Below, piece by piece: positions 18,812 to 29,374 of a stretch of DNA of 64,000 nt. How positions within the stretch are numbered: the stretch's first letter is position 1; the number at the start of each line of letters is the position of its first letter. The DNA lies in contig CBDFJF010000002.1 of the NCBI GenBank assembly GCA_965248265.1, positions 480,001 to 544,000 of the forward strand. Reading direction: 5' to 3'. The DNA is from Candidatus Latescibacterota bacterium (lineage in GTDB: Bacteria; Latescibacterota; UBA2968; UBA8231). The translations under genes and the position numbers were made by a program. The notes beneath the pieces were generated by a model. That model ran no database searches, was not told where the DNA came from, and saw only the letters and a list, made by a program, of their open reading frames with translations.

Positions 18812-19778
18812 GCAGTCCAGCCCCAGCCGAGAAGAGCTCAGGTGAGAGATTGAACACACGGATGGCGTTGTCGCGAACGACATTGCGGAATTCGTCCGGC
18901 GACAACGACACGGCCAGTGAATCGATCAGGGCCTCGTACTCTTCATAGTGCCGGGAGCCGAAGAACGCGGCATCGCTGCCGAATAGGACGCGCTCGCTAC
19001 CGAGCTCCTCGACAGCGGTCAGTACCTCGGCCGGGTCAGCCTGGGCGGTACCGAGGTAGAGATCAGCGTCCCCGTTTCTCAGCGACTCCGCGACGACATC
19101 GATGGTGCCCTGGTGAGGGCCGAAAAACCCCATGTGGTAGAGGACGATCGGCACGCCCGGGTGTCGTCGAGCGGCGGCGTAGATCCGCTCAGCCGAGGCG
19201 TTTCCAAAGGGATCGCTGTGGAAGACGGCGGCCAGACCGTGAGCGGCGCACAGCTCCAGGTACGGGTCGACCACCTCGGAATCGGCGGAAAACTGATTCA
19301 TCGACGGGTGAAACTTCAATCCTACGAAAACACTCTCGTAAGCCGGGTTGGTCAGGAAACGTTCGAACTCCTCGATCGGCAGGTTCTGATTCGGCCGGGT
19401 CCAAAGCAGCCCGCGAAACAGATGAGGGTACTTCAGGACCGAATCTGCAGTCGCCTGGTTGCTTTCGATTTCATCGAGGTTGGCTGTTGTGGGGGGCAGG
19501 TTGGCGCCGTCGATATTCGAGATGAATGCCATCTGCACGCCGTAGCGCTCGAGGTTGCTCAGCAGAGTAGGCATGCTGAGGTCGAAACCTCGGAAGGTGC
19601 CGATATGGGCGTGGATATCGATGATCAGATGCTCGCCCCACGCTCCTGGTCGCGGCTCGATGACGACGTCATCGGCGATTTCGTCAGGCGCCGAGTTCGA
19701 CGACGAATCCGAACAGCTGACGCCTATCACGAGCATGAGAACGAGCGTTGAAACTCGTGTAGACACGGCAGATCTCAT
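18801..19778 (-). CDS. amidohydrolase (Amidohydro_2) family protein, predicted lipoprotein
   Basis: IIDIHAH, GLKFHP, VFHS, VLYHMG, VLFGSD. Hydrophobic N-terminus ends VIGVSC; TGATG overlap with the SDR stop. Confidence 0.82.
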   Translation of the reverse strand: MRSAVSTRVSTLVLMLVIGVSCSDSSSNSAPDEIADDVVIEPRPGAWGEHLIIDIHAHIGTFRGFDLSMPTLLSNLERYGVQMAFISNIDGANLPPTTANLDEIESNQATADSVLKYPHLFRGLLWTRPNQNLPIEEFERFLTNPAYESVFVGLKFHPSMNQFSADSEVVDPYLELCAAHGLAAVFHSDPFGNASAERIYAAARRHPGVPIVLYHMGFFGPHQGTIDVVAESLRNGDADLYLGTAQADPAEVLTAVEELGSERVLFGSDAAFFGSRHYEEYEALIDSLAVSLSPDEFRNVVRDNAIRVFNLSPELFSAGAGLLMR

Positions 19779-20581
19779 CAGCTTGCCCACAGCTGGCTTC
19801 CCCCGTCGACGCGCAGGGCTTGCCCGGTCACGAAGGCCCCGAGAGGTCCTGCGAAGAATTCGACGACCCGCGCTACCTCATCGACCGTAGCGATCCTGTC
19901 CAGGGTACCCTCCGTGGCCAGGCGGTCCTCATCGACTTCACGCGTATTCATGTATCTTCCGGTGCGCGTGTCTCCGGGGACGAGGCTGTTGACGGTGATG
20001 TCATAAGGGCGCAGCTGGTCGGCAAGGCACCGCGTGTAGTGGGCGGCACCGGCTTTGGCCGTGGCGTAGATGCTCAGCTCGCCACGTCCCTCGAAGCCGG
20101 CAATGGAATTGATGGTGACGATGCGCCCCCGGCCGCGTGGCATCATGTGGCGCGCTACCTGTTGGCAGATGAAGATCGTGCTCAGCAGATTGCGGTCGAG
20201 GACCGCGCGCACGTCGGCTTCCTCGATCATCACGGCGTCATTTGGGTCGGGCTTGCCGCCCGCCGCGGCGATGTCACCACCGGCACTGTGCACGAGGATG
20301 TCGATGGGCCCGAGACGCTCTTCGATTGTAGCGACGACGCGCTCGACCTGGTCGTTCAGCGTTAGATCACCGAGCACGGGCTCGGTCCGGACATCAAACT
20401 GCTCGCCAATCTCACGGGCCGTGTCCGTCAGCGTCGTGCCCTCGCCGTACTCGGCAGGACCGTGTTCCCTCATGCCGTGCACGCCGATCGCACAACCCTG
20501 CGCGGCCAGGCGTTCGGCGAATGCCCGTCCCAAACCACGTCCGGCCCCGGTAACCAGCGCGACACTTCCGGCAAGCTGCAT
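19778..20581 (-). CDS. short-chain dehydrogenase/reductase (SDR)
   Basis: VTGAGRGLG, YATAK, VTGQALRVDGG; GAGGAG RBS. Confidence 0.92.
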   Translation of the reverse strand: MQLAGSVALVTGAGRGLGRAFAERLAAQGCAIGVHGMREHGPAEYGEGTTLTDTAREIGEQFDVRTEPVLGDLTLNDQVERVVATIEERLGPIDILVHSAGGDIAAAGGKPDPNDAVMIEEADVRAVLDRNLLSTIFICQQVARHMMPRGRGRIVTINSIAGFEGRGELSIYATAKAGAAHYTRCLADQLRPYDITVNSLVPGDTRTGRYMNTREVDEDRLATEGTLDRIATVDEVARVVEFFAGPLGAFVTGQALRVDGGSQLWAS

Positions 20582-20616
20582 GGAAATTCTCCTCGTGATA
20601 GGGTTCGACAAGAAGC

Positions 20617-21456
20617 TTACCGCTCAGGTTCATCCATCTCTTCCCTGGCCTTTCGCGCCAGCTCGGGCAGGTGACCGTCGTTGGCCATGCGTTGCTCCAG
20701 GTGTACCATCCGCTTCGGGCCGGCGGTCTTGATCATGATCTGGCCGTAGGCCTGCTCGAGCCAGTACCTCGCCAGCACGGCGATATTCGCCCGCAGAGAA
20801 TCCAGCTCGTCCTCTGCATGCCGCGGCTCGAGTATCACCGTGAACATCCGCCGCCGGGTTCCACCACCGAATGCAGCGTGTTTGATGCGGCGGTCGAAAC
20901 AGACGAGGTCGCCCGGCTTGGATTCCAGAGCCACTGCCGGCACTTCGCTGCCGTGGATGCCCAGGGTCTCCTCGATGTGTTGCTGGTCCATTCGGGGTAC
21001 CATGTCATCCAATGCCGTCGCATAGATGTCGCCGGTCTTGTGGCTGCCGGGAATCACCCTGAGGCAGCCGGTGGCCTCGGTGACCTCGTCAAGGTAGAAG
21101 GCAGCCTTGATCGTAGGCTTGGGAAAGACGGCGTCTGAATGCCAGGCGGTGTCGCTGACATGGAGATTGCCATCGCTTGATTTGTAGTTGTAATCGCTGC
21201 CGAGCACAGCGCTGGCGAAGCCATCGATGCGAGGGTCATCGAGCAGCGCGCTCAGATACTCGTTACGGTCGATGAATTGAAGCAGGGCGGATCTGCGGCT
21301 GTGGTCATGGGCCTGACCATGGTGCCCACCCCCGTGGTCCGTCCAGACCTCTTCGAAGGCTTCGGTTATACGGCCGATGTCGTCGGCGAACAGGCCGGGA
21401 AAGCACAGGAAGCCGAAGGTGTTGAAGAATCGGACCTGCTGTTGTGTCGGTCTCAT
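20617..21456 (-). CDS. PhyH family dioxygenase
   Basis: FFNTFGFL, WHSD, LRVIPGSH, IKHAA. Confidence 0.87.
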   Translation of the reverse strand: MRPTQQQVRFFNTFGFLCFPGLFADDIGRITEAFEEVWTDHGGGHHGQAHDHSRRSALLQFIDRNEYLSALLDDPRIDGFASAVLGSDYNYKSSDGNLHVSDTAWHSDAVFPKPTIKAAFYLDEVTEATGCLRVIPGSHKTGDIYATALDDMVPRMDQQHIEETLGIHGSEVPAVALESKPGDLVCFDRRIKHAAFGGGTRRRMFTVILEPRHAEDELDSLRANIAVLARYWLEQAYGQIMIKTAGPKRMVHLEQRMANDGHLPELARKAREEMDEPER

Positions 21457-21578
21457 GTGCGGCTCCGTTCTTGGGACGGGGTGCCTGCGACAGGGTCGTG
21501 GATCCACCAGGTGATCTACTGATTCAACTCCAGATCGGTCTCCTGTCCTTCATCGACTCCGCACGTCGTCGACATTGA

Positions 21579-22757
21579 TCATGTGCGCCTTTCGTGACCG
21601 ATACGCTTGTAATCACCGGCCGTTTCCCAGTCCGGCCAGCTCAAGCCGTTGCGGTCCCAGACGATATTGCCGGCGCGCACCGTGAGGGCGCACTGCAGAC
21701 GCTGGTCGCCCTGCATGCGCGCGTGCCCGGTGTCGACAAAGCCGAAGGTGCCGCGCAACAGTTCGAAAACGGCGATGTCGGCTTCGGCGCCGACACTAAG
21801 AGTGCCGAGTTCAGGCCGGCGGATTTCGTGTGACGGAGTGACGGTCGAGCGCCGCACCACATCCTGCAATGACATGCCCATGTTCAGGCACTTGGACATG
21901 GTCTCAGGCATGTGGGCGTTCGGGAGCAGTGAGCTGGACCGATGGAGGTCGGTGCTGATCGAATCCGGTACGAATCCCTGCTCGATGGCCGGCACCGCAA
22001 TGCGGAACCAGAAGCTGCCGGCACCATGACCGAGGTCGAAGACGATACCGCGCCGACGGGCTTCGATCACGTAATCATTGATCTTGCGCTCAGCGTCGAG
22101 CAGGGGAATGTGTTGGGCGTACATGTGGGTGTGGATGTCGCCGGGGCTCAGTTTATCGAGCATGTCGCGGTAGCTGCGCTTGGGTGTCGGAGCGAAGTCG
22201 ATCATGGCGATGGTGCCGCTGGTACGGGCGGCCTGCACGGCGCCGTCGACGGCTTCCCAACCGTGGCTGCCGAAGTGCGCGGTCTTGGAACCGACGATCT
22301 GTTCGGGATAACGGCTGATCATCTGAGCACACGGACCGGGGTCCATCTCTGAAACATCCTGCTCCACCGCTCCCTCCATGCCGGCACCGACGATGTTGAT
22401 GAAGGCCAGTACCCGAGTTGCAGACTTGGCCATCACCGTTTCCCTGAACTCCTCGAACTTTTTCCATCCGGCGCCGCCGGTGTCGACGACGGTGGTGACG
22501 CCGTTTCGCAATACCTGGGCATCCATGACCAGCCAACCCTCGTAGCCCCCGAAGGCATGAACATGGATGTCGACGAGTCCCGGGGTGACGATGAGGCCCT
22601 CGAGTGGGACCACGGTCAGTCCCTGGTCACTGGGGATGTCTGCGGCAATGACCGCCACGCGGTCGCCGCTGACCGCCACGTCCATCGGGCCGTCGATGTC
22701 GTTGGCCGGGTCGATGACGTGGCCGCCTTTGAGAATGAGATCGTAGATTGCTGTCAT
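21579..22757 (-). CDS. amidohydrolase/deacetylase family metallohydrolase (dihydroorotase-like)
   Basis: LILKGGHVIDP, PGLVDIHVH, DIHTH, FDLGHGAGSF, ISTDLH. Confidence 0.9.
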   Translation of the reverse strand: MTAIYDLILKGGHVIDPANDIDGPMDVAVSGDRVAVIAADIPSDQGLTVVPLEGLIVTPGLVDIHVHAFGGYEGWLVMDAQVLRNGVTTVVDTGGAGWKKFEEFRETVMAKSATRVLAFINIVGAGMEGAVEQDVSEMDPGPCAQMISRYPEQIVGSKTAHFGSHGWEAVDGAVQAARTSGTIAMIDFAPTPKRSYRDMLDKLSPGDIHTHMYAQHIPLLDAERKINDYVIEARRRGIVFDLGHGAGSFWFRIAVPAIEQGFVPDSISTDLHRSSSLLPNAHMPETMSKCLNMGMSLQDVVRRSTVTPSHEIRRPELGTLSVGAEADIAVFELLRGTFGFVDTGHARMQGDQRLQCALTVRAGNIVWDRNGLSWPDWETAGDYKRIGHERRT

Positions 22758-22853
22758 GGGAAACGAAGACCGTTGATGGTATCTTGTTATCTGCGTGCAA
22801 TATCTGTAAGTATAGAGCATCTGGACGGAGCAACCGCAACTCGAGGTACCGCC

Positions 22854-23789
22854 ATGGCAAAGGATCAGAAAGCCCTATCTCAGACACTCAAGAAGATCCC
22901 CATCTTCAGCGGTCTATCTCCGTCGCAGATTCAGAGTATCCTGGACATTTGCACTTCGGTGGAATGTCAGCCTCACGAGATCATTTATGCGGCTAATTCT
23001 CCCAGCGACCGGATGCACATCCTGATCACGGGTGAACTCAGCGTGGTCAACGACGAAGGCATCAGGTTGGCGCGCCTCTACCCCATCACCACCGTCGGCG
23101 AGATGGGACTGGTCACCCGGCAGATGCGCACTGCATGCGTTGAAGTCGCGAAACCCAGTCGTTTGCTGGTGATCCAGCGGGTCAACTTCGACGCCCTGTT
23201 ACGCTACGATCGCGATCTGCAGACCCAGTTCTATCAAAACGTCATCGGCATTCTGTCCGGCAAGATTACTGGCGACAACGTACGAGTTCGCGATCACTTG
23301 ATGGAGAAAGTAGATCACCAGAGACGGCTGCGTTGGGAGCGTCGTCGGGCAGAAACGGCTCTGCAGATTCTGAAGGAACAGACTTCGATGTCAGCAGACG
23401 AGGCCATGTCCCTGGTCGATGAACGCATGATTCCGGACCGCATGCGCGTGCTCATCGTCGACGACGAACCCTCCGTGTGCGAGTTCGTCAAGGCAGGTCT
23501 GACGGATTACGACACCGAAGAGGCCAATGATGGCACCGAGGCGATGAAGGTGGTGGAGGCCAATCCGCCTGACCTCGTTATCACCGACATTCGCATGCCC
23601 CACATGGATGGCACCGCCTTGCTCAAGGCCATCCGCAACGTCGCCCCCAACGTGCCCATCATCGCTCTTTCCGGCTACGTCGAGCCCGAGGATGTGGCCG
23701 AGTTCGGGTTCGACGGTTTCGTGAAGAAGCCTTTCAAACTGGACGAATTCCGTTCCATCGTCGACCAAACCGTGCCCACGCCAATTTAG
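22854..23789 (+). CDS. cyclic-nucleotide-binding domain + receiver (REC) domain protein
   Basis: LKKIPIFSGL...GEMGL..R.A (cNMP domain); C-terminal VLIVDDE, VITDIRMP.MDG, ALSG, KKPF (REC). Confidence 0.85.
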   Translation: MAKDQKALSQTLKKIPIFSGLSPSQIQSILDICTSVECQPHEIIYAANSPSDRMHILITGELSVVNDEGIRLARLYPITTVGEMGLVTRQMRTACVEVAKPSRLLVIQRVNFDALLRYDRDLQTQFYQNVIGILSGKITGDNVRVRDHLMEKVDHQRRLRWERRRAETALQILKEQTSMSADEAMSLVDERMIPDRMRVLIVDDEPSVCEFVKAGLTDYDTEEANDGTEAMKVVEANPPDLVITDIRMPHMDGTALLKAIRNVAPNVPIIALSGYVEPEDVAEFGFDGFVKKPFKLDEFRSIVDQTVPTPI

Positions 23790-23810
23790 CACAAAGCCGA
23801 GGAATCCCGA

Positions 23811-25439
23811 TTGATCGCCAGGACCCCGGAGACCCTGACATTCGACAATCGCTTTGCGCGGGACCTACCGGCAGACAAGGAAACGGCGAATCATCGCCGT
23901 CAGGTCACCGGGGCATGCTATTCGCGCGTTCTGCCACAGAAAGTCCCACGCCCACAACTGGTGGCCTACGCGTCGGAAGTTTGTGCTGAGTTGGGGCTCG
24001 AAGAGAGCATCTGCAATACCGACGATTTCGCGCAGGTCTTCGTCGGCAACCGGATCCTGGATGGAATGGACCCGTATGCCACCTGCTACGGCGGACACCA
24101 GTTCGGCAACTGGGCGGGGCAGTTGGGGGACGGGCGCGCCATAAACCTCGGTGAGACCGTCAACGACAATGGACAACGATGGGCGCTGCAACTCAAGGGC
24201 GCCGGACCGACGCCGTACTCGCGCACGGCGGACGGCCTGGCCGTATTGCGCTCTTCGGTGCGGGAGTTTTTGTGTAGTGAGGCCATGTACCATCTCGAGG
24301 TGCCGACGACGAGAGCGCTGAGCCTGGTGTTGACCGGCGATGAAGTCATCCGCGACATGCTCTACGACGGTCACCCCAAGGCCGAGCCGGGCGCCGTCGT
24401 TTGCCGCGTGGCTCCGTCCTTCACGCGTTTCGGTCACTTCGAAATATTCGCCGCACGCCGCGAGACGGAGGTGCTGCGGCAGTTGATGGACTACACGGTC
24501 CGCGTCGACTTTCCGCATTTGCTGAGCAACAGGTCCAAGCCATCATCCGAGACCTACGCCCAGCTGTTCGACGAGGTATGCCGGACGACGGCTGAGATGA
24601 TCGTTCACTGGATGCGAGTCGGTTTCGTGCACGGCGTGATGAACACGGACAACATGTCCATCCTGGGCCTGACCATCGACTACGGACCCTACGGGTGGTT
24701 GGAGGATTACGATCCCGATTGGACACCGAACACGACGGATGCCGGCGGCCGGCGTTACCGATTCGGGTATCAATCACGTATAGCTCACTGGAACCTGTTG
24801 CAACTGGCCAACGCCCTGGTACCCCTGTTCGAGGATGTGGCGCCGCTGCAACTCGCGCTGGAGGGATACGCTTCCCACTACGATCAGCGCTGGAACGAGA
24901 TGATGGCGCAGAAATTGGGTCTGCGCGAATTCGATCCGGCGACGGACACGGAGTTGATCACCGATCTGCAGGAGGTGCTTGGCCTGGTTGAAACCGATAT
25001 GACCATCTTTTTCAGGAAGCTGGCGACAATCGAAACGACATCCGATGCGATGGAAGCAGGCATATCGGATGCGGATGGGGCTCTCATCGAGCCGCTCATC
25101 GAGGCCTACTACAAGCCTCAAGAGTTGGACGAGGAGACCCAAAGGCGGACCGCTGCATGGCTGAGGAGCTACGGCGAGCGGGTGCAGCGAGATGGAACGG
25201 CAGATGAAGAGCGGCGCCGGGGAATGAACGCGGTAAACCCGAAGTACGTGTTGCGCAACTATCTGGCCCAGTTGGCCATCGACAAGGCAGAAGAGGGAGA
25301 TTTTTCGATGGTCAACGAATTACTAGAATTGCTGCGTCATCCATACGACGAACAGCCAGGGCGGGAGCACCTCGCCGAGAAGCGTCCCGAATGGGCCCGC
25401 CACCGGGTGGGCTGCTCGATGCTGTCGTGCAGCTCTTGA
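23811..25439 (+). CDS. selO: protein adenylyltransferase SelO (YdiU family)
   Basis: YGGHQFG.WAGQLGDGRA, LQLKGAGPTPYSR, GFVHGVMNTDNMS, NPKYVLRNY, C-terminal GCSMLSCSS. Confidence 0.95.
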   Translation: MIARTPETLTFDNRFARDLPADKETANHRRQVTGACYSRVLPQKVPRPQLVAYASEVCAELGLEESICNTDDFAQVFVGNRILDGMDPYATCYGGHQFGNWAGQLGDGRAINLGETVNDNGQRWALQLKGAGPTPYSRTADGLAVLRSSVREFLCSEAMYHLEVPTTRALSLVLTGDEVIRDMLYDGHPKAEPGAVVCRVAPSFTRFGHFEIFAARRETEVLRQLMDYTVRVDFPHLLSNRSKPSSETYAQLFDEVCRTTAEMIVHWMRVGFVHGVMNTDNMSILGLTIDYGPYGWLEDYDPDWTPNTTDAGGRRYRFGYQSRIAHWNLLQLANALVPLFEDVAPLQLALEGYASHYDQRWNEMMAQKLGLREFDPATDTELITDLQEVLGLVETDMTIFFRKLATIETTSDAMEAGISDADGALIEPLIEAYYKPQELDEETQRRTAAWLRSYGERVQRDGTADEERRRGMNAVNPKYVLRNYLAQLAIDKAEEGDFSMVNELLELLRHPYDEQPGREHLAEKRPEWARHRVGCSMLSCSS

Positions 25440-25448
25440 GAACGTGGG

Positions 25449-26756
25449 TCAAAGAGTGATCCTGCGGCTCTCCAGGTAGTAGCGCTTCTCTTCGGCAGCG
25501 CCAATCGAAAAGCTCTTCCTCGGCAGGGGCCCATTGGTGCGGATGGTGCTGAAGAGGGAGTGCTTGTCTATGGCCTTTGTGTAGAAACCGACATTCCCTG
25601 GCCGGCCGCCGAGTTCGTCGACGGCGTCACTTCCGTGAATGTAGTCGACACGATGACGCTGGCTCTGCTCGCCCTCGCCGAGAAAACCCTGCAGAGCCGC
25701 CACGGCCAACTGCTGGCGCGGGCGGTGGATGGTGGCAATGCCGCCTCGAGTGCCGGCAACGAAGGGCAGGTGGTGGCAGCCGTCATCCGCCCCAGCCAGG
25801 GCGTGTTCCCATTTCTGCCTGTCTGCAAAATCTCTCACTTGCAGATCCGAGCCCTGCTTTGCACAATAGCCGGCGAACGATTCCATGAGCTGATCGGGGT
25901 CGGCGTCGAAGACGACGCGGTGAATGGGCTCGAAGGTGAGTCCGATGTCGTGGATGTTCACCAGTTCGACCAGTACATGACGAGCGGGGTGCTTGGCCGG
26001 AGCAGATCCTGCCCGCTCTTTCACCTCGTCCCAGACTCGTTGGGCCGCGGCAAAAGAATGATTGCCGTCGCCCATGAGATATAACATTCGGGGCGTGGTT
26101 TTGAGTCGTGACAGACTGGCCACGACTTGTTGAACGGCACCAGGTTCGGCGACGTGCCACCCCCGCAAGTGACCTCCGTCCAACATCATGTCGAAGTCAT
26201 ACAGCAGCGGCAGGCGGTCAGTTTTGTCGAACAAAGGCTCGATGACCGTATGCCCGGGGTCGTCGATTAGGACCATGATGTGCGGCAGTTCGAGCGTTGC
26301 GTCGCGCCGGATCTCTACACGGGGCGGCAGGCGGTCCGGATCCGTACCCTCAGTCGGGCGGATGAGGCTGTCGGCGTCCATCCCAAAGCTGTAGTGTTCC
26401 AAATCAAGGCAAATCAGCAATCCCTTGCGAGATTCTGTGTGCCGAGTCTGCCTGTCGACGAGGACGAATCCGGGAGCTTGTTCCACGAGTAGACCCTCAT
26501 CCAGATAGCTGCGCATTCGCCCATTGATGGCCGCGATGCGATCGCTCGCGCCGGCCTCTTCGAGGTATACCTCTGGGAAGATCAGGTTTAGCGTTGAAGG
26601 CGCATCCCCCACGAGCTCCTCTACCTGATGCCAGTACTCTGGTTCCGAGGTGTGCTGGTCGCAGGCGATGACGGCCCAGTGTTCGGGCGCAATTCCAGGC
26701 GCCGGGAGCAAGACACGGGGCACCTGGAGCGCGATGTCGGGGTAGGTCAGTTGCAT
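25449..26756 (-). CDS. DUF1015 family protein
   Basis: WAVIACDQHTS, IRPTEGT, LELPHIMVLIDD, GDGNHS, LPRKSFS, EKRYYLE. Confidence 0.88.
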   Translation of the reverse strand: MQLTYPDIALQVPRVLLPAPGIAPEHWAVIACDQHTSEPEYWHQVEELVGDAPSTLNLIFPEVYLEEAGASDRIAAINGRMRSYLDEGLLVEQAPGFVLVDRQTRHTESRKGLLICLDLEHYSFGMDADSLIRPTEGTDPDRLPPRVEIRRDATLELPHIMVLIDDPGHTVIEPLFDKTDRLPLLYDFDMMLDGGHLRGWHVAEPGAVQQVVASLSRLKTTPRMLYLMGDGNHSFAAAQRVWDEVKERAGSAPAKHPARHVLVELVNIHDIGLTFEPIHRVVFDADPDQLMESFAGYCAKQGSDLQVRDFADRQKWEHALAGADDGCHHLPFVAGTRGGIATIHRPRQQLAVAALQGFLGEGEQSQRHRVDYIHGSDAVDELGGRPGNVGFYTKAIDKHSLFSTIRTNGPLPRKSFSIGAAEEKRYYLESRRITL

Positions 26757-26873
26757 GGATTTCGCTGTTGAAACGGGTACTGGCTCGATAACGGTTCGAG
26801 AGTGTCCTAACATAAGGGCTCTCCCGGGGTGCGTAAGGGCATGCCGACAATGGCAACAACAGGGAGTTGGTGA

Positions 26874-27965
26874 ATGAAGTTTCCGTCGAGGTATTTCGTC
26901 GTTGTCATCGGGCTGGCACTGGCTGATCCCTGCCTGGGGGACGACAGCATCAAGTTCAAGGCGCGAATCCAGCCACGGGCAGACTTCGGTGATTTCGCGT
27001 CCAGGGACGGAACGGACTACCGATTCCAACACGATCTATATCTTCGCCGCAGTCGTCTCGAGGTCAGCGGCCGGCCAGTGGACGGTGTCAACTATGTGCT
27101 GGCAGTCTCCGGTGATCGCTGGGGCCAGCGGGGTAGATCCGTCGGCGGCGATCTGACCTACGCCTTCGTCAACTACCATTTCGCTGCTCATGTCGCTGTG
27201 CAGGTGGGGCTGGCGAAGCTACCGTTCGTACGCAGTGCCCGCGTGTCCAGTTCACGCATCCTGTTCATCGAGCGCACCAAGACGGCGAACACGGCCGCTT
27301 CAGCACTCGGTCCCTACATCACCACGCACCTGGCCGTCCGCGGCAGACTCCAAGACAGCACCATCGGTTACGGTGTGGCCGTCATGGACGGTTTCCAACA
27401 GGGGGATTCAGATTCGTTCACCGGGTCCACCGTGTCGGAGAGTAACCAACCCGGATTCGTCGCCCGCTTTGAAATCTCACCGCCGGGTTGGTTCGAGGGG
27501 CGTCCGAGCGATTCCCACCTCGGTACAGGTCGCCATCTGACCCTGGGCTTGAACGGTGGTTGGCAGAATAACGTCGAGTTTGGCACGACGCAGGAAGATC
27601 GGAGAGTGGTCGGAGGTGACATCTCATTCCACCAGGGGGCGCTCTCCCTCCAGTCGGAGCACCTGCGGATTGACAGGAGTGGTCCCGTCGATTCCGCGCC
27701 GGCCGGATGGCACGTGCAGCTCGGTTACTACCTGGCGAGCACGCGTATCGAACCAGCCGTCCGCTTCGAGCGTTATGATGCCGATCTGACAGGTGGAAAC
27801 GACATTACCACGAATTACACCGGGGGATTGAACTGGTACCGGCATGGGCATGATCTCAAATTTATGGCCAATGTCTTGCACAGCAGGTTTGATCGCGGGG
27901 TGCGCGAGGTCGGAGGTGCCGGCTCACGCACGCTGGTGCAGCTGCAGAACCAGATGTACTTCTGA
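26874..27965 (+). CDS. outer-membrane porin (OprO/OprP-like)
   Basis: Signal peptide, LRRSRL, alternating beta-strand pattern, GLNWY..GH..K, terminal QMYF. Confidence 0.82.
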   Translation: MKFPSRYFVVVIGLALADPCLGDDSIKFKARIQPRADFGDFASRDGTDYRFQHDLYLRRSRLEVSGRPVDGVNYVLAVSGDRWGQRGRSVGGDLTYAFVNYHFAAHVAVQVGLAKLPFVRSARVSSSRILFIERTKTANTAASALGPYITTHLAVRGRLQDSTIGYGVAVMDGFQQGDSDSFTGSTVSESNQPGFVARFEISPPGWFEGRPSDSHLGTGRHLTLGLNGGWQNNVEFGTTQEDRRVVGGDISFHQGALSLQSEHLRIDRSGPVDSAPAGWHVQLGYYLASTRIEPAVRFERYDADLTGGNDITTNYTGGLNWYRHGHDLKFMANVLHSRFDRGVREVGGAGSRTLVQLQNQMYF

Positions 27966-27976
27966 TTACGTTTTTT

Positions 27977-29374
27977 TCATTCGGCTGACGGCCGGTCTTG
28001 AATCCACAGGCTGGCGATTGTGGCGGCCAGCGAAGAGGCCACGATGACCCATAGGACGCGCTCGAATCCGGCAATACTATCAACTGCAACTATGCTATCC
28101 ACCCCAACTTCTCCACTGACTACGTACAGCATGGGTAGAGCACTGGAGCCGGCGATGCTCCCGATGTACCGGCTGGTAGAGAAGATGCCGGAAGCGGAGC
28201 CGGATTGCTCCCGGCTGACTGATTCGAGGACGGCCGTCTGCAGGCCCGCTTGAGATAACCCGAGTCCGATACCGGCAATCATCAACCCGATGAGCAGTAC
28301 CCACAAATCATCGGGTCCGTTGTCGAACAGAAGCAGGGCCGCCATGCCGATGGTGAGCAGAAACAGCCCGAGGCAGGTCGGCCAGCGACGGCCCCAGAGG
28401 TCGGCGAGGCGTCCTCCCAGTGGAGCACAGAACACGGTGGGTGCCCACAGGGTCGAGAGGACGAGTCCAACCTGAGTGCTCGACCAGCCTGGCAGGTCGG
28501 CGAGCAACAGAGGAATGGCCAGGAAGGTCGTGTACATGGCCAGGTTGCTGAGGGCAACGCCGGCATTGCCGGCAGCGAAGGTCGCGCGGCGGAAGAATCG
28601 CGGCTGAAACACCGGATCGTCGTGGCGCGACTCTCGCCAGAGGAAGTGCACGGCCAGCGCTGCGAGGACGGCACCAGCTCCCCATCTACCCATGGCCGGC
28701 CAGGTCTGCAGTGAACCCGTCAGCAGGATCGCACCACCGCACAACAGTGCCAGCAGTTGCAGCGCTCCCACCAGATCGAATGGCTGGCGCCGGCGCTCTC
28801 CAACAATTCCGGGTAACGCTCGCAACGCCAGAATCAGCGCGGGCAGAATGATCAGGAGGTTGGCGTAGAACACGGCGCGCCAACCGGCGACTCGGATCAA
28901 GACGCCACCGAGAGGAGGGCCGGCGGCAGCGGCGAGCACGATCGCCGACCCCAACAGACCGATGCGGCTGGCCCGGCGTTCAGCCGGCACGATCTCGCGC
29001 ATCAGTGCCATGCCGTTGGGTAAGGCGATGGCCCCGGCGATCCCCTGCTGGACACGGAAGATGAGCAACTCCGTCAGACTCGACGCGAAGGCGGCGCCGA
29101 GAGAGGCGATGCCGAAGTAGACGAGGCCTCCGATGATGAGGGGCCGTCGTCCCAGGCGGTCGCCGAGCTTGCCGCCCACCGGTTGCAGCGACGCCATCGT
29201 GATCAGGTAGGCGATCACGAGCCAGCTCCCGGCGCTGAGGTCCGTCGTGAACTCTCGCATGATCTGTGGCAGCGCGACACCGATCATGGTCGAGTTCAGC
29301 GGCGCCAGCATGGTCGCCAGCGCCACTGTAATCAGAATGGTGGTTTCGTTGGAGCGATCGACCTCAGCCGACAA
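27977..29374 (-). CDS. MFS transporter (DHA2-like drug:H+ antiporter)
   Basis: Many TM segments, GKLGDRLGRR motif A, GPPLGG motif C, second GRLADLWGRR. Confidence 0.9.
   Translation of the reverse strand: MSAEVDRSNETTILITVALATMLAPLNSTMIGVALPQIMREFTTDLSAGSWLVIAYLITMASLQPVGGKLGDRLGRRPLIIGGLVYFGIASLGAAFASSLTELLIFRVQQGIAGAIALPNGMALMREIVPAERRASRIGLLGSAIVLAAAAGPPLGGVLIRVAGWRAVFYANLLIILPALILALRALPGIVGERRRQPFDLVGALQLLALLCGGAILLTGSLQTWPAMGRWGAGAVLAALAVHFLWRESRHDDPVFQPRFFRRATFAAGNAGVALSNLAMYTTFLAIPLLLADLPGWSSTQVGLVLSTLWAPTVFCAPLGGRLADLWGRRWPTCLGLFLLTIGMAALLLFDNGPDDLWVLLIGLMIAGIGLGLSQAGLQTAVLESVSREQSGSASGIFSTSRYIGSIAGSSALPMLYVVSGEVGVDSIVAVDSIAGFERVLWVIVASSLAATIASLWIQDRPSAE

Noticed and set aside
25410-25449. 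Selenocysteine read-through at the selO TGA
   Set aside because: The protein already ends in the Cys-type CSS motif; the convergent gene stop lies 10 bp later and no SECIS-like hairpin is evident.
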